Positions 24,159 through 31,046 of a stretch of DNA of 35,472 nucleotides are shown here, in pieces (position 1 is the first letter of the stretch; each line of letters begins with the position of its first letter). Made by a program: the position numbers and the translations under genes. The notes under the pieces were generated by a model. That model worked only from the letters and a program-made list of their open reading frames with translations. It was not told where the DNA came from and ran no database searches. Where the stretch lies: IMG/VR virus record IMGVR_UViG_3300028008_000050, one strand, 5' to 3'. Origin of the DNA: a virus.

Positions 24159-24805
24159 TGAGTGCTATACCTAAAGTTCAATTAAAAGCTAACAGTCAAC
24201 TTGTTAACTTTAATGTTAATACTAAGTTGAATAGTGAAATCAAAGTTATAAATGGTGTAGAAACAGAAGTGTTTGGTGATCCTTCAATGATTGCTGAACG
24301 ATTTCCTGACCTACCAGAAGCATCGTTACCCGACTTTGGCATTCCTGATCCTGCGGCAGACTTACCTGTAATACCATCTGATCTAGGTGGACTTATACCA
24401 GATTCAATTAAAAATGCTACAGCTAACAAATTAGAACTAGCTAAACAATCAACAGCAAGTGCAAGTTCTAAGATAGGTAATTTGTTTACTAGCTTTGCTG
24501 GTTTAGATACAAGAAAGATATCTGAACTTGCATCATTAGGAGAACTAGAAGCAAAGATTCATAACGCTAAAGTATTACTTGGTGATGTTCCTGCATCAGC
24601 AGAACCTAAGTCAGCTGAACCAAGTAACAAGCCTGCGAAGTCATTACAGATACAAAGCGGTGGTGGCATTGTTAACTTTAATGTTAATAAGAAACTTCCG
24701 TACAAAGATGTTATGTATGATTACATGAGCGAAGGTTTAAAACTGTACAGAATATACGGTACACAAGCACAACTAGATTCACAATTTCCAACAGGGTCAG
24801 CATAG
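24158..24805 (+). CDS. repeat-capped protein 2 (same domain at both termini)
   Basis: N-terminus LKANSQLVNFNVNTK...EVFGDPSMIAERFPD. C-terminus IQSGGGIVNFNVNKK...RIYGTQAQLDSQFPTG. Confidence 0.65.
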   Translation: MSAIPKVQLKANSQLVNFNVNTKLNSEIKVINGVETEVFGDPSMIAERFPDLPEASLPDFGIPDPAADLPVIPSDLGGLIPDSIKNATANKLELAKQSTASASSKIGNLFTSFAGLDTRKISELASLGELEAKIHNAKVLLGDVPASAEPKSAEPSNKPAKSLQIQSGGGIVNFNVNKKLPYKDVMYDYMSEGLKLYRIYGTQAQLDSQFPTGSA

Positions 24806-25855
24806 ATGGGACAACCAATAGCAAGAATTGGCGACAGGACACAAGGTACTTGTTATCATCCTAGTCATCCACCTTTAGACATTGGTGGTACTATTATAAC
24901 AGGTAGTCCGAACGTGTTTACTAACAACATTCCTACAGCAAGACTAGGAGACCTAGTTGAAACTGACTGTGGGCATATAGGTAAAATTATAACAGGATCA
25001 ACAATAGACATTACTAATGAGTTACTTACAGCAAGGATTGGTGATGTAATTGATACAGACGCTCCTTACAAGGCAGTTATTGTTACAGGTAGTACAGACG
25101 TAGCAGGTGATCCACAAGCAACAGCAGAAGAACAAGCGAACGCAATAGGTAACGTAGTTGCACAAGCAATGGGCTTTGAAAAGGTTACACTTGATCCAGT
25201 AGAAGCCGCAGACATTATTATTGGTCGTAAGATTGAAAGAGATAACGGAGTTGATCCAGATACAACAGAAGCAGTAGAATATGGCGATGGTGGTATTCCA
25301 ACTGCTAGACGTGGTAATGAAAGTCCTGTACTTACAGGTGGAGAATCCGGAGTAACAAATACAGCAGGACCACAACCGGCTCCAGCAAGTTCATCGTCAG
25401 ATGGAGAGTTAGTTGAAGAAGTTCCAAGTAAACAACCATCAAATGCAGATGGACAATTTATTAAATGGTTACCACACGTTGACAGTAGAGTGAAACCACA
25501 AGTTGTAACAGGCTTAGAAAGAATATCTAGAGAGATGGGTTTCCAATTAGTTTGTACTAGTGGATATAGAAGTCCAGAATACAATTCAAGAGTTGGTGGA
25601 TCTAAGAAAAGTCAACACATGTTAGGAAATGCTGTCGACATTGTTCAGACAGGACTAACAACAGCACAACGTCAAAAGTTCATTCAAGCGGCTATTGACG
25701 CAGGGTTTACTGCAATTGGCATATACAATACATTTACGCACATTGATATTAGAGGTGCAAAAGTGGCTTGGGGTTCCAATGGAAGTAGAACTGGCCTACC
25801 AAAATATCCATGGGCACAACAGACCTTAAAAGCTAATGGATATGCTACTAGTTAA
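24806..25855 (+). CDS. PAAR-repeat spike-tip protein fused to an M15-family (YcbK/DUF882-like) zinc peptidoglycan peptidase
   Basis: Three PAAR-like units (ARIGD..GTC, ARLGDLVETDCGH, ARIGDVIDTD). C-terminus TSGYRSPEYNSRVGGSKKSQHMLGNAVDI...FTHIDIRG. Confidence 0.8.
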   Translation: MGQPIARIGDRTQGTCYHPSHPPLDIGGTIITGSPNVFTNNIPTARLGDLVETDCGHIGKIITGSTIDITNELLTARIGDVIDTDAPYKAVIVTGSTDVAGDPQATAEEQANAIGNVVAQAMGFEKVTLDPVEAADIIIGRKIERDNGVDPDTTEAVEYGDGGIPTARRGNESPVLTGGESGVTNTAGPQPAPASSSSDGELVEEVPSKQPSNADGQFIKWLPHVDSRVKPQVVTGLERISREMGFQLVCTSGYRSPEYNSRVGGSKKSQHMLGNAVDIVQTGLTTAQRQKFIQAAIDAGFTAIGIYNTFTHIDIRGAKVAWGSNGSRTGLPKYPWAQQTLKANGYATS

Positions 25856-25901
25856 ACCACTTTAAAGATAAATGCACTCAAAGATAGCATAAATAAGCTC
25901 G

Positions 25902-25924
25902 AAGACTCTCCCGGAGTCTTTTTA
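25902..25924 (+). terminator. rho-independent terminator
   Basis: Stem aagactc/gagtctt, loop tcccg, followed by ttt(a)t. Confidence 0.55.
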
Positions 25925-25933
25925 TGTTATAAT
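25925..25933 (+). promoter_or_regulatory. extended -10 element TGTTATAAT
   Basis: TGnTATAAT, 26 nt upstream of ATG 25959. The same 9-mer occurs at 28764-28772. Confidence 0.4.
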
Positions 25934-25958
25934 ATAGATAAGGATATAATAAAATAAA

Positions 25959-27032
25959 ATGAAAAAAGTAACGATGGTGTTAGCCGTCTTGTTCGCAACT
26001 CTTGCGACAGGAACCTTGGCTGACGATGCAGGTCTCGAAAGTAGAGTACAGGCCCTTGAAAGTAGTATGCCAAATTTACCAGCTGGACTTTATGTCAATG
26101 GTGAAATTGAGGGTATATATGACGATAAAACTTATGACTCTGGTTGGGACTCACGTGCTGAATTGCAAGTTGGTATTAGCCAAGACTTAGATATTGACAA
26201 GAACATGCTTAACCTTAACTGGGTTGGTGCAACTATGACGTATGATAGTGATTATGCATTAGATAGTACTCTTGACAATACTATTGTTGAAAAGCAATTA
26301 GGTTTTGGTAATGACTTCGCAACAATCTATGTTGGTGAAACTGATGCACAACGCATTGGCTTTGCAAAAACATCAAAGATTGGAGCACCAATTATCATTA
26401 CTGAATCAAGTAGTAGGTTGGATCACAATGAAAAGACTGTTTTAGTATTAGGCGGATTTGAAAAAGAAACTGAATTCGAATTTGATGCGTACAGACTTAA
26501 AAGAGAAAAGCCATGGGGTGTAGTTGTTGGTTACGATAACAACGAAGACTCATTGTATGCAAGTGCAACAGTTAGCTTATTAGGTTTAGCTGATGTATCA
26601 TACATGATCATTGACACAACTGCGGCAGGTTCAGCAAGTTACACAACAGACACTCGTCAAGAAGGATACGCTATTGGCGGAACACTTCGTAGATGGGATA
26701 TCCCAATGCAATGGGGTGTTGAGTTGTGGGACGACAAAGACACAGGTCTTGCAAGTGATGACAGAATTGATATGGGTGTAATGTATAATGTTACTCCAGC
26801 AACTTATGTTACTGCTCATAGAACTATGAATGATGACTTAGGTTACGATGGTAACTATTACGGTGTTGTTCATAACGTGTATGCTAACTATGACGCTGGC
26901 AAACGTGCTGATAAGCAAGATGGATTAGAGATTGGTTTATATCTACACGATAAGAGTGGAACATCAACTATCACTGGTGCAGATTATGCTGATACAACAT
27001 CAATCCTGGGATCTGTGAAATATAAATTCTAA
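25959..27032 (+). CDS. secreted outer-membrane beta-barrel (porin-like) protein
   Basis: Signal peptide MKKVTMVLAVLFATLATGTLA|DD. Alternating amphipathic strands rich in Y/G/D. C-terminal ...GSVKYKF ends in an aromatic residue. Confidence 0.6.
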   Translation: MKKVTMVLAVLFATLATGTLADDAGLESRVQALESSMPNLPAGLYVNGEIEGIYDDKTYDSGWDSRAELQVGISQDLDIDKNMLNLNWVGATMTYDSDYALDSTLDNTIVEKQLGFGNDFATIYVGETDAQRIGFAKTSKIGAPIIITESSSRLDHNEKTVLVLGGFEKETEFEFDAYRLKREKPWGVVVGYDNNEDSLYASATVSLLGLADVSYMIIDTTAAGSASYTTDTRQEGYAIGGTLRRWDIPMQWGVELWDDKDTGLASDDRIDMGVMYNVTPATYVTAHRTMNDDLGYDGNYYGVVHNVYANYDAGKRADKQDGLEIGLYLHDKSGTSTITGADYADTTSILGSVKYKF

Positions 27033-27101
27033 ACCACATTTAACACGCCTTAAATGCTATGATAGTAAATAAAAGCGTGTTAAACACAATAGGAGATAAT
27101 T

Positions 27102-27281
27102 ATGTCACAACATCACGAAGCGATTAAAGCGGCAATGGAATCATACTTAGCTGAAAGCGAGTCTTTCGAAACTAAGGGTGTTAAAGCGGCCGCGGCAAGA
27201 GCAAGAAAAGCACTAGGTGAACTTGGTAAACTTACTAAGGCAAGACGTGCTGAAATTCAGGAAAAAAAGAACTCAATGTAG
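27102..27281 (+). CDS. 59-aa histone H1-like (Hc1-family-like) protein (below the ORF-track cutoff)
   Basis: SD AGGAG. ...ETKGVKAAAARARKALGELGKLTKARRAEIQEKK parallels the Hc1 N-domain pattern KGNKAAAxRxR...L.K..K..R.E. Confidence 0.55.
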   Translation: MSQHHEAIKAAMESYLAESESFETKGVKAAAARARKALGELGKLTKARRAEIQEKKNSM

Positions 27282-27290
27282 TTTATAATA

Positions 27291-27325
27291 TAGCACGGCC
27301 CCTCAAAAGGCCGTGCTATTTTTTT
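27291..27325 (+). terminator. rho-independent terminator
   Basis: Perfect 10-bp stem tagcacggcc/ggccgtgcta, 8-nt loop, T7 run at 27319-27325. Confidence 0.85.
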
Positions 27326-27334
27326 GGCTTAATT

Positions 27335-27363
27335 TTGACATAAAGCTATAAATACACTATACA
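27335..27363 (+). promoter_or_regulatory. sigma70-type promoter TTGACA-N17-TATACA with an embedded TATAAATA
   Basis: TTGACA at 27335-27340, TATAAATA at 27347-27354, TATACA at 27358-27363. Upstream of cspA. Confidence 0.55.
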
Positions 27364-27409
27364 ACAGTAGCAATAATTAACATTGTTATATTAAGGAAAT
27401 AATAAACTT

Positions 27410-27637
27410 ATGAGCGATAGAATACATGGCATTCTAAAGTGGTTTGATGCGAAAAAAGGTTACGGATTTATTACTCCGTCATCCGGTGGACAAGATGTGT
27501 TTGTACATGTCAGTGCTTTTAACGCCGCACAGATTACAAATATCCAAAACAAGATGCAACTTGAATTTGAAATGGTTGATAACCGTGGACGAATGATAGC
27601 TGGCAACTTGGCAATACCCGACAGTTTTAATAGGTAA
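27410..27637 (+). CDS. cspA: cold-shock domain protein
   Basis: GILKWFDAKKGYGFITP (RNP1) and DVFVHVSAF (RNP2). Confidence 0.9.
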   Translation: MSDRIHGILKWFDAKKGYGFITPSSGGQDVFVHVSAFNAAQITNIQNKMQLEFEMVDNRGRMIAGNLAIPDSFNR

Positions 27638-27640
27638 CAA

Positions 27641-27895
27641 TTAACGTAAGGCTTGTTTAGCCTTTAATGCCGCTCTCTTCTTCTCAGCTTCAATTGATTG
27701 TCTTACTTTTCTACCCCAAGGTAATTTAATTGTTTCTGCAATTTCTTTACCTTTCTTACTGATATACTCAACACCAATAAACATATCTTTGAAGTCACTT
27801 TGCACAGCCTTAACTGCTCTTGTTAAACTTAATTGCTCTGTATCTTTTTCATCACCTGCTTCATTCCAAAAATGGAACTTTCTCATTTTAGCCAT
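27641..27895 (-). CDS. hypothetical basic protein
   Basis: 84-aa ORF convergent with cspA. Weak SD AAAGG. Confidence 0.45.
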   Translation of the reverse strand: MAKMRKFHFWNEAGDEKDTEQLSLTRAVKAVQSDFKDMFIGVEYISKKGKEIAETIKLPWGRKVRQSIEAEKKRAALKAKQALR

Positions 27896-27934
27896 AACGA
27901 CCTTTCTTTTAGTTTCTACTTATTAAATATAGAC

Positions 27935-28240
27935 ATGAAGTGTACTAAAGGCGACTTAGCCCAAATCATATATTCAGTACGTCCTGAGAATATTGGACGA
28001 ATTGTCAAATGCGTAGATTATATTGGTAAATTCAAACAAGGAGAACAGTTTGAGTTTAGAGGTATGCCCTGCCAATGCCCTGTTACAGATCACTATTGGT
28101 GGATTGAAGCAGAAGACTTATCAAGCCTGTTTGGACCTAGCCCAAGAGCATACATTGCCGACAGTTGGTTAGAGCCTTTAAAGAATCCAAATTCCAAAAC
28201 AAAAGAAAAAGTAGAAAAAGAACTTGACATAGCCGCATAA
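27935..28240 (+). CDS. hypothetical protein
   Basis: Start taken at MKCTKGDLAQ. The longer track ORF overlaps the minus-strand gene. Confidence 0.5.
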   Translation: MKCTKGDLAQIIYSVRPENIGRIVKCVDYIGKFKQGEQFEFRGMPCQCPVTDHYWWIEAEDLSSLFGPSPRAYIADSWLEPLKNPNSKTKEKVEKELDIAA

Positions 28241-28254
28241 TGAGTGTATAAATA
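28224..28254 (+). promoter_or_regulatory. sigma70-type promoter TTGACA-N17-TATAAA overlapping TATAAATA, driving the tmRNA gene
   Basis: TTGACA at 28224-28229, a 17-nt spacer, TATAAATA at 28247-28254. Confidence 0.55.
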
Positions 28255-28261
28255 TACTCAT

Positions 28262-28528
28262 AACGTTGAAGCAATTCAAACGCTATACAGGACTCGGGGG
28301 CAGTACCCGACGCCTCCACCATAAACACATTAAGCACAGGAGTGTGCTTATGATGGGGGCGAACTAGGATCGACTGGTAGTTAATAGAGTTAGTGGAGTT
28401 ATCCGGATCTAAGCACGGTTATCGCGAAGAAAACTACAGACGCAAACGAAAACTTTGCTCTTGCGGCCTAGTAATTAACTAGGTTACGGGGTTGGCAACT
28501 TACCTGGCAACAGAAAAGTTGCGTTTTT
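28262..28528 (+). ncRNA. ssrA: circularly permuted (two-piece) tmRNA gene: acceptor piece, 33-nt intervening segment, coding piece
   Basis: Acceptor piece: T-arm TCGGG-GGCAGTA-CCCGA (28294-28310), then CGCCTCC-ACCA (28311-28321). Coding piece: starts with GGGGGCG (28355-28361), which pairs with CGCCTCC and includes G3:U70, followed by AACTAGGATCGAC. Tag frame: ...GCA AAC GAA AAC TTT GCT CTT GCG GCC TAG TAA (28442-28474). The outer boundaries are approximate. Confidence 0.8.
28495..28528 (+). terminator. hairpin plus T5 at the 3' end of the tmRNA coding piece
   Basis: Stem gcaactt/aagttgc (28495-28501 / 28516-28522), 14-nt loop, then gttttt. Confidence 0.45.
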
Positions 28529-28543
28529 ACTATTGGGGGCAAT

Positions 28544-28732
28544 GTGAAAGAACCTGGGCAAACAACACAAGATGCTATTAAAGATCTAAAGATGGTTATA
28601 ATGTCTTTAGGAATAACATTTTCAGTACTAATGTTCTTTGAGCCAGAAGACCCAGAGACAGTAGGTTTCTTAGTTGGCCTTCCTAGCTACATAATACTTC
28701 GTTGGTTACAGTTAGAAAATATTGGCTTATAG
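28544..28732 (+). CDS. possible small membrane protein (GTG start; weak)
   Basis: 62-aa ORF with hydrophobic MVIMSLGITFSVLMFF. Confidence 0.3.
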   Translation: MKEPGQTTQDAIKDLKMVIMSLGITFSVLMFFEPEDPETVGFLVGLPSYIILRWLQLENIGL

Positions 28733-28743
28733 ACACAGCCTAT

Positions 28744-28772
28744 TAGACTTAGGCATTTTTCTGTGTTATAAT
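28744..28772 (+). promoter_or_regulatory. promoter TAGACT-N17-(TGT)TATAAT
   Basis: -35-like box at 28744-28749. Extended -10 TGTTATAAT at 28764-28772. SD AAGGAG precedes ATG 28800. Confidence 0.5.
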
Positions 28773-28799
28773 AATTTAAATATAGCATAAGGAGAAAAC

Positions 28800-29855
28800 A
28801 TGCCACCACGTAATCATAAGAGTTGGTTAGCACAACCAAACGTAGAATCAATCAGCAGTTCAGCATATAACGATCCAGAAATATTTGCACAAGAGCAAGA
28901 ACGTATCTTTAGTAAAGTATGGGTACCTATGTGCCACATCTCTGAGATGTATAACAAACTAGACTACCGAACAACACAGATAGCAGGTGTTAATGTTATT
29001 GCATACAACACAGGCGATGGTGTTCGAGCATATCGTAACTATGGCAGTTGGGCACCTAGTGGCACACTAGGAGCACCTATTGTAACTGTTGAACCACAGT
29101 TGCATTGTGAAGTAAAGCACGGAGGCATGGTATGGGTAACACTTGATCCTAATCCAACGCAGAGTGTTGAGGAATGGACAGCAGGTGCATTTGATTGTAT
29201 TGCTGATGCTATTGACACAGAAGAAATGGAAGTGTTTCATTATCACAAAGCAATTATAAATACCAATTATAAGTTATGGCATGATACCAATAGTGAATTC
29301 TATCACGACTTCATGCACTACTTCAATAGAGTAAGTGGGTTCAATGATGAGTACTTCGCACGTAAGAATATACCTTTTGATAATGGGCATGTTAATGTGT
29401 CTAGTTTTACTGTCAACTATGAGGAGTACGAAGGCTTTGAAGATAGAGGAGAATTATCATTCCCAAACTTGCCACCCAATCAATGGTACATGGTTGATCT
29501 GTTCCCTGGATTCAACTTCAACCTTCGAGGCTCCGCCTACCGTAGTGATTCAGTTACTCCCCTAAGTTGTAACAAAGTTCTTATTGAGTTTAGAGGTTAT
29601 GGACTGCGTAAGGATACACCTGAAGAAAGACTAACACGTATCAAACATCACAACAGCATATGGGGACCGTTCGGACGTAACCTACATGAAGACCTAATTG
29701 GTGTAGCAGGACAAGGTACTACAATGCGTGAAGGTACAGAAGCACGTAACATATTACATGGTAGACATGAAAATGGAACTATACATGATGAAGTAGGTAT
29801 GCGTCATTACTATTCAGAATGGGGCAAGTATTTGGATGTTGACCCGTATCAGTAA
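28800..29855 (+). CDS. ring-hydroxylating oxygenase alpha-subunit-like protein lacking the canonical Rieske CxH...CxxH ligands
   Basis: N-terminus YNDPEIFAQEQERIFSKVWVPMCHISE... is RHO-alpha-like. The expected CxHRG position reads VRAYRNYGSWAPSG. The catalytic-domain motif NYKLWHDTNSEFYHDFMHYF is retained. Confidence 0.6.
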   Translation: MPPRNHKSWLAQPNVESISSSAYNDPEIFAQEQERIFSKVWVPMCHISEMYNKLDYRTTQIAGVNVIAYNTGDGVRAYRNYGSWAPSGTLGAPIVTVEPQLHCEVKHGGMVWVTLDPNPTQSVEEWTAGAFDCIADAIDTEEMEVFHYHKAIINTNYKLWHDTNSEFYHDFMHYFNRVSGFNDEYFARKNIPFDNGHVNVSSFTVNYEEYEGFEDRGELSFPNLPPNQWYMVDLFPGFNFNLRGSAYRSDSVTPLSCNKVLIEFRGYGLRKDTPEERLTRIKHHNSIWGPFGRNLHEDLIGVAGQGTTMREGTEARNILHGRHENGTIHDEVGMRHYYSEWGKYLDVDPYQ

Positions 29856-29871
29856 ATTGGTAAACTAACTC

Positions 29872-29900
29872 TTGACATAATGTTAACTCTGCGTTACAAT
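29872..29900 (+). promoter_or_regulatory. sigma70-type promoter TTGACA-N17-TACAAT
   Basis: TTGACA at 29872-29877, TACAAT at 29895-29900. Confidence 0.55.
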
Positions 29901-29934
29901 AATAGTATTAAAGTAAAGTAGAGGTAACATTATT

Positions 29935-30387
29935 ATGACTATGAGTTTGGTACGTGGAATGACTTCCCTTAATACTAAGAAACGTAAAGCTACCAAGATG
30001 ACTAAAGGCAGACTCGAACGTCTTGTCAAAGAGCATCGTGAACATAATAAGTCTATGAAACGTATTCATGCACACAGTAATATAATGACATTTGATGAAT
30101 ATGTTGAATACGTAAGTGGTAACTTTAAACCCAAAACAAAAACATCTACTAAGGCATGGACTTGGGAAGGTCCAAAAGTACGTGAAACAGAATACATTCC
30201 TAGTCGTGTTACTAAGGATAGTTTCGCTCCAGCAACCAAAAAAGAATCTATGCAATACACAGGTGAACGTAAACTTGTAGGTATTGCTATGATGCATAAA
30301 AGTAACTTGGTTCCTGTGTTTGCAGACGACGATGACAAAACAGGATCAAAACAAGCAACTGAAATCGCACAGATGAGGAGAAATTAA
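29935..30387 (+). CDS. hypothetical basic protein
   Basis: 150-aa ORF downstream of a consensus promoter. Confidence 0.6.
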   Translation: MTMSLVRGMTSLNTKKRKATKMTKGRLERLVKEHREHNKSMKRIHAHSNIMTFDEYVEYVSGNFKPKTKTSTKAWTWEGPKVRETEYIPSRVTKDSFAPATKKESMQYTGERKLVGIAMMHKSNLVPVFADDDDKTGSKQATEIAQMRRN

Positions 30388-30495
30388 AATGGTTGAATTT
30401 ATTGGTTTTGCACTTGTAGTTCGATTATTGAACGCACAGGATTTACTAATGATTTGTGTGGCAAATTGTGGTTAAACATTTTGGTAAACAAAAGG

Positions 30496-30524
30496 TTGAC
30501 CATTTGAATTAATGGTGCTATAGT
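30496..30524 (+). promoter_or_regulatory. sigma70-type promoter TTGACC-N17-(TGC)TATAGT
   Basis: TTGACC at 30496-30501. Extended -10 TGCTATAGT at 30516-30524. SD AGGAGG precedes ATG 30566. Confidence 0.6.
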
Positions 30525-30565
30525 ATATACATAATTAACAAATAGGCAAAAATAGGAGGCTTATA

Positions 30566-31045
30566 ATGAAGGCAATAATGAAACTAGCAATGGCAGGTAC
30601 CCTAGTATCTATGTTGGGTGCTTGTTCAAGTATGACTACCATTGCTGAAAGAGACACGTATGCACAACCTAAGTGGTATGCATCATGTGCCCAAGCAGGA
30701 ACCGAAGGTTGGTTCTGGTGGAAAGAAGAGTATGCATATGCATGTGGGGCAGGAGAAAGTATTTTCCAACAAGCCGCAGAAGAGCAAATGTATGCTATTG
30801 CAATGAATAACTTTGCAAAACGTATTAATGGTAGAGTGAATAGTGAAACAACTATGAATTTTACAAATGATACTAAAGATACAAACACGTTTATTTCGTA
30901 CAAGGTAAATGATACGGCAATTACACAACACCTTGAAGAAGAACGTTCAACGTTTGTATATGCAGGTAAACAGTATACCTTTGTCAAACTAAGAATGCCA
31001 AAGGCAGTATTCGATTCACTCGTAGCACAATCAAAGAGTCAGTAA
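30566..31045 (+). CDS. lipoprotein (LPP20-like?)
   Basis: Lipobox ...VSMLGAC|SS. 159 aa. Confidence 0.7.
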   Translation: MKAIMKLAMAGTLVSMLGACSSMTTIAERDTYAQPKWYASCAQAGTEGWFWWKEEYAYACGAGESIFQQAAEEQMYAIAMNNFAKRINGRVNSETTMNFTNDTKDTNTFISYKVNDTAITQHLEEERSTFVYAGKQYTFVKLRMPKAVFDSLVAQSKSQ

Positions 31046-31046
31046 C

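Noticed and set aside
27041-27084. A 10-bp inverted repeat (tttaacacgc / gcgtgttaaa) with a 24-nt loop between the porin and Hc1-like genes.
   Set aside because: The loop is too large and there is no T-run, so it is not a confident terminator. It may be a weak structure. It is not called as a feature.
27263-27269. Further in-phase A_AAA_AAG or A7 tracts: 27263-27269 in the Hc1-like gene, the AAG-AAA-AAA-ATG tract in nrdB near 22013, and tracts in the lipase gene near 2944 and 3533.
   Set aside because: Lys codons in an AT-rich genome produce these by chance. None has a substantial open -1 frame leading into an orphan ORF, and none has a suitably spaced hairpin.
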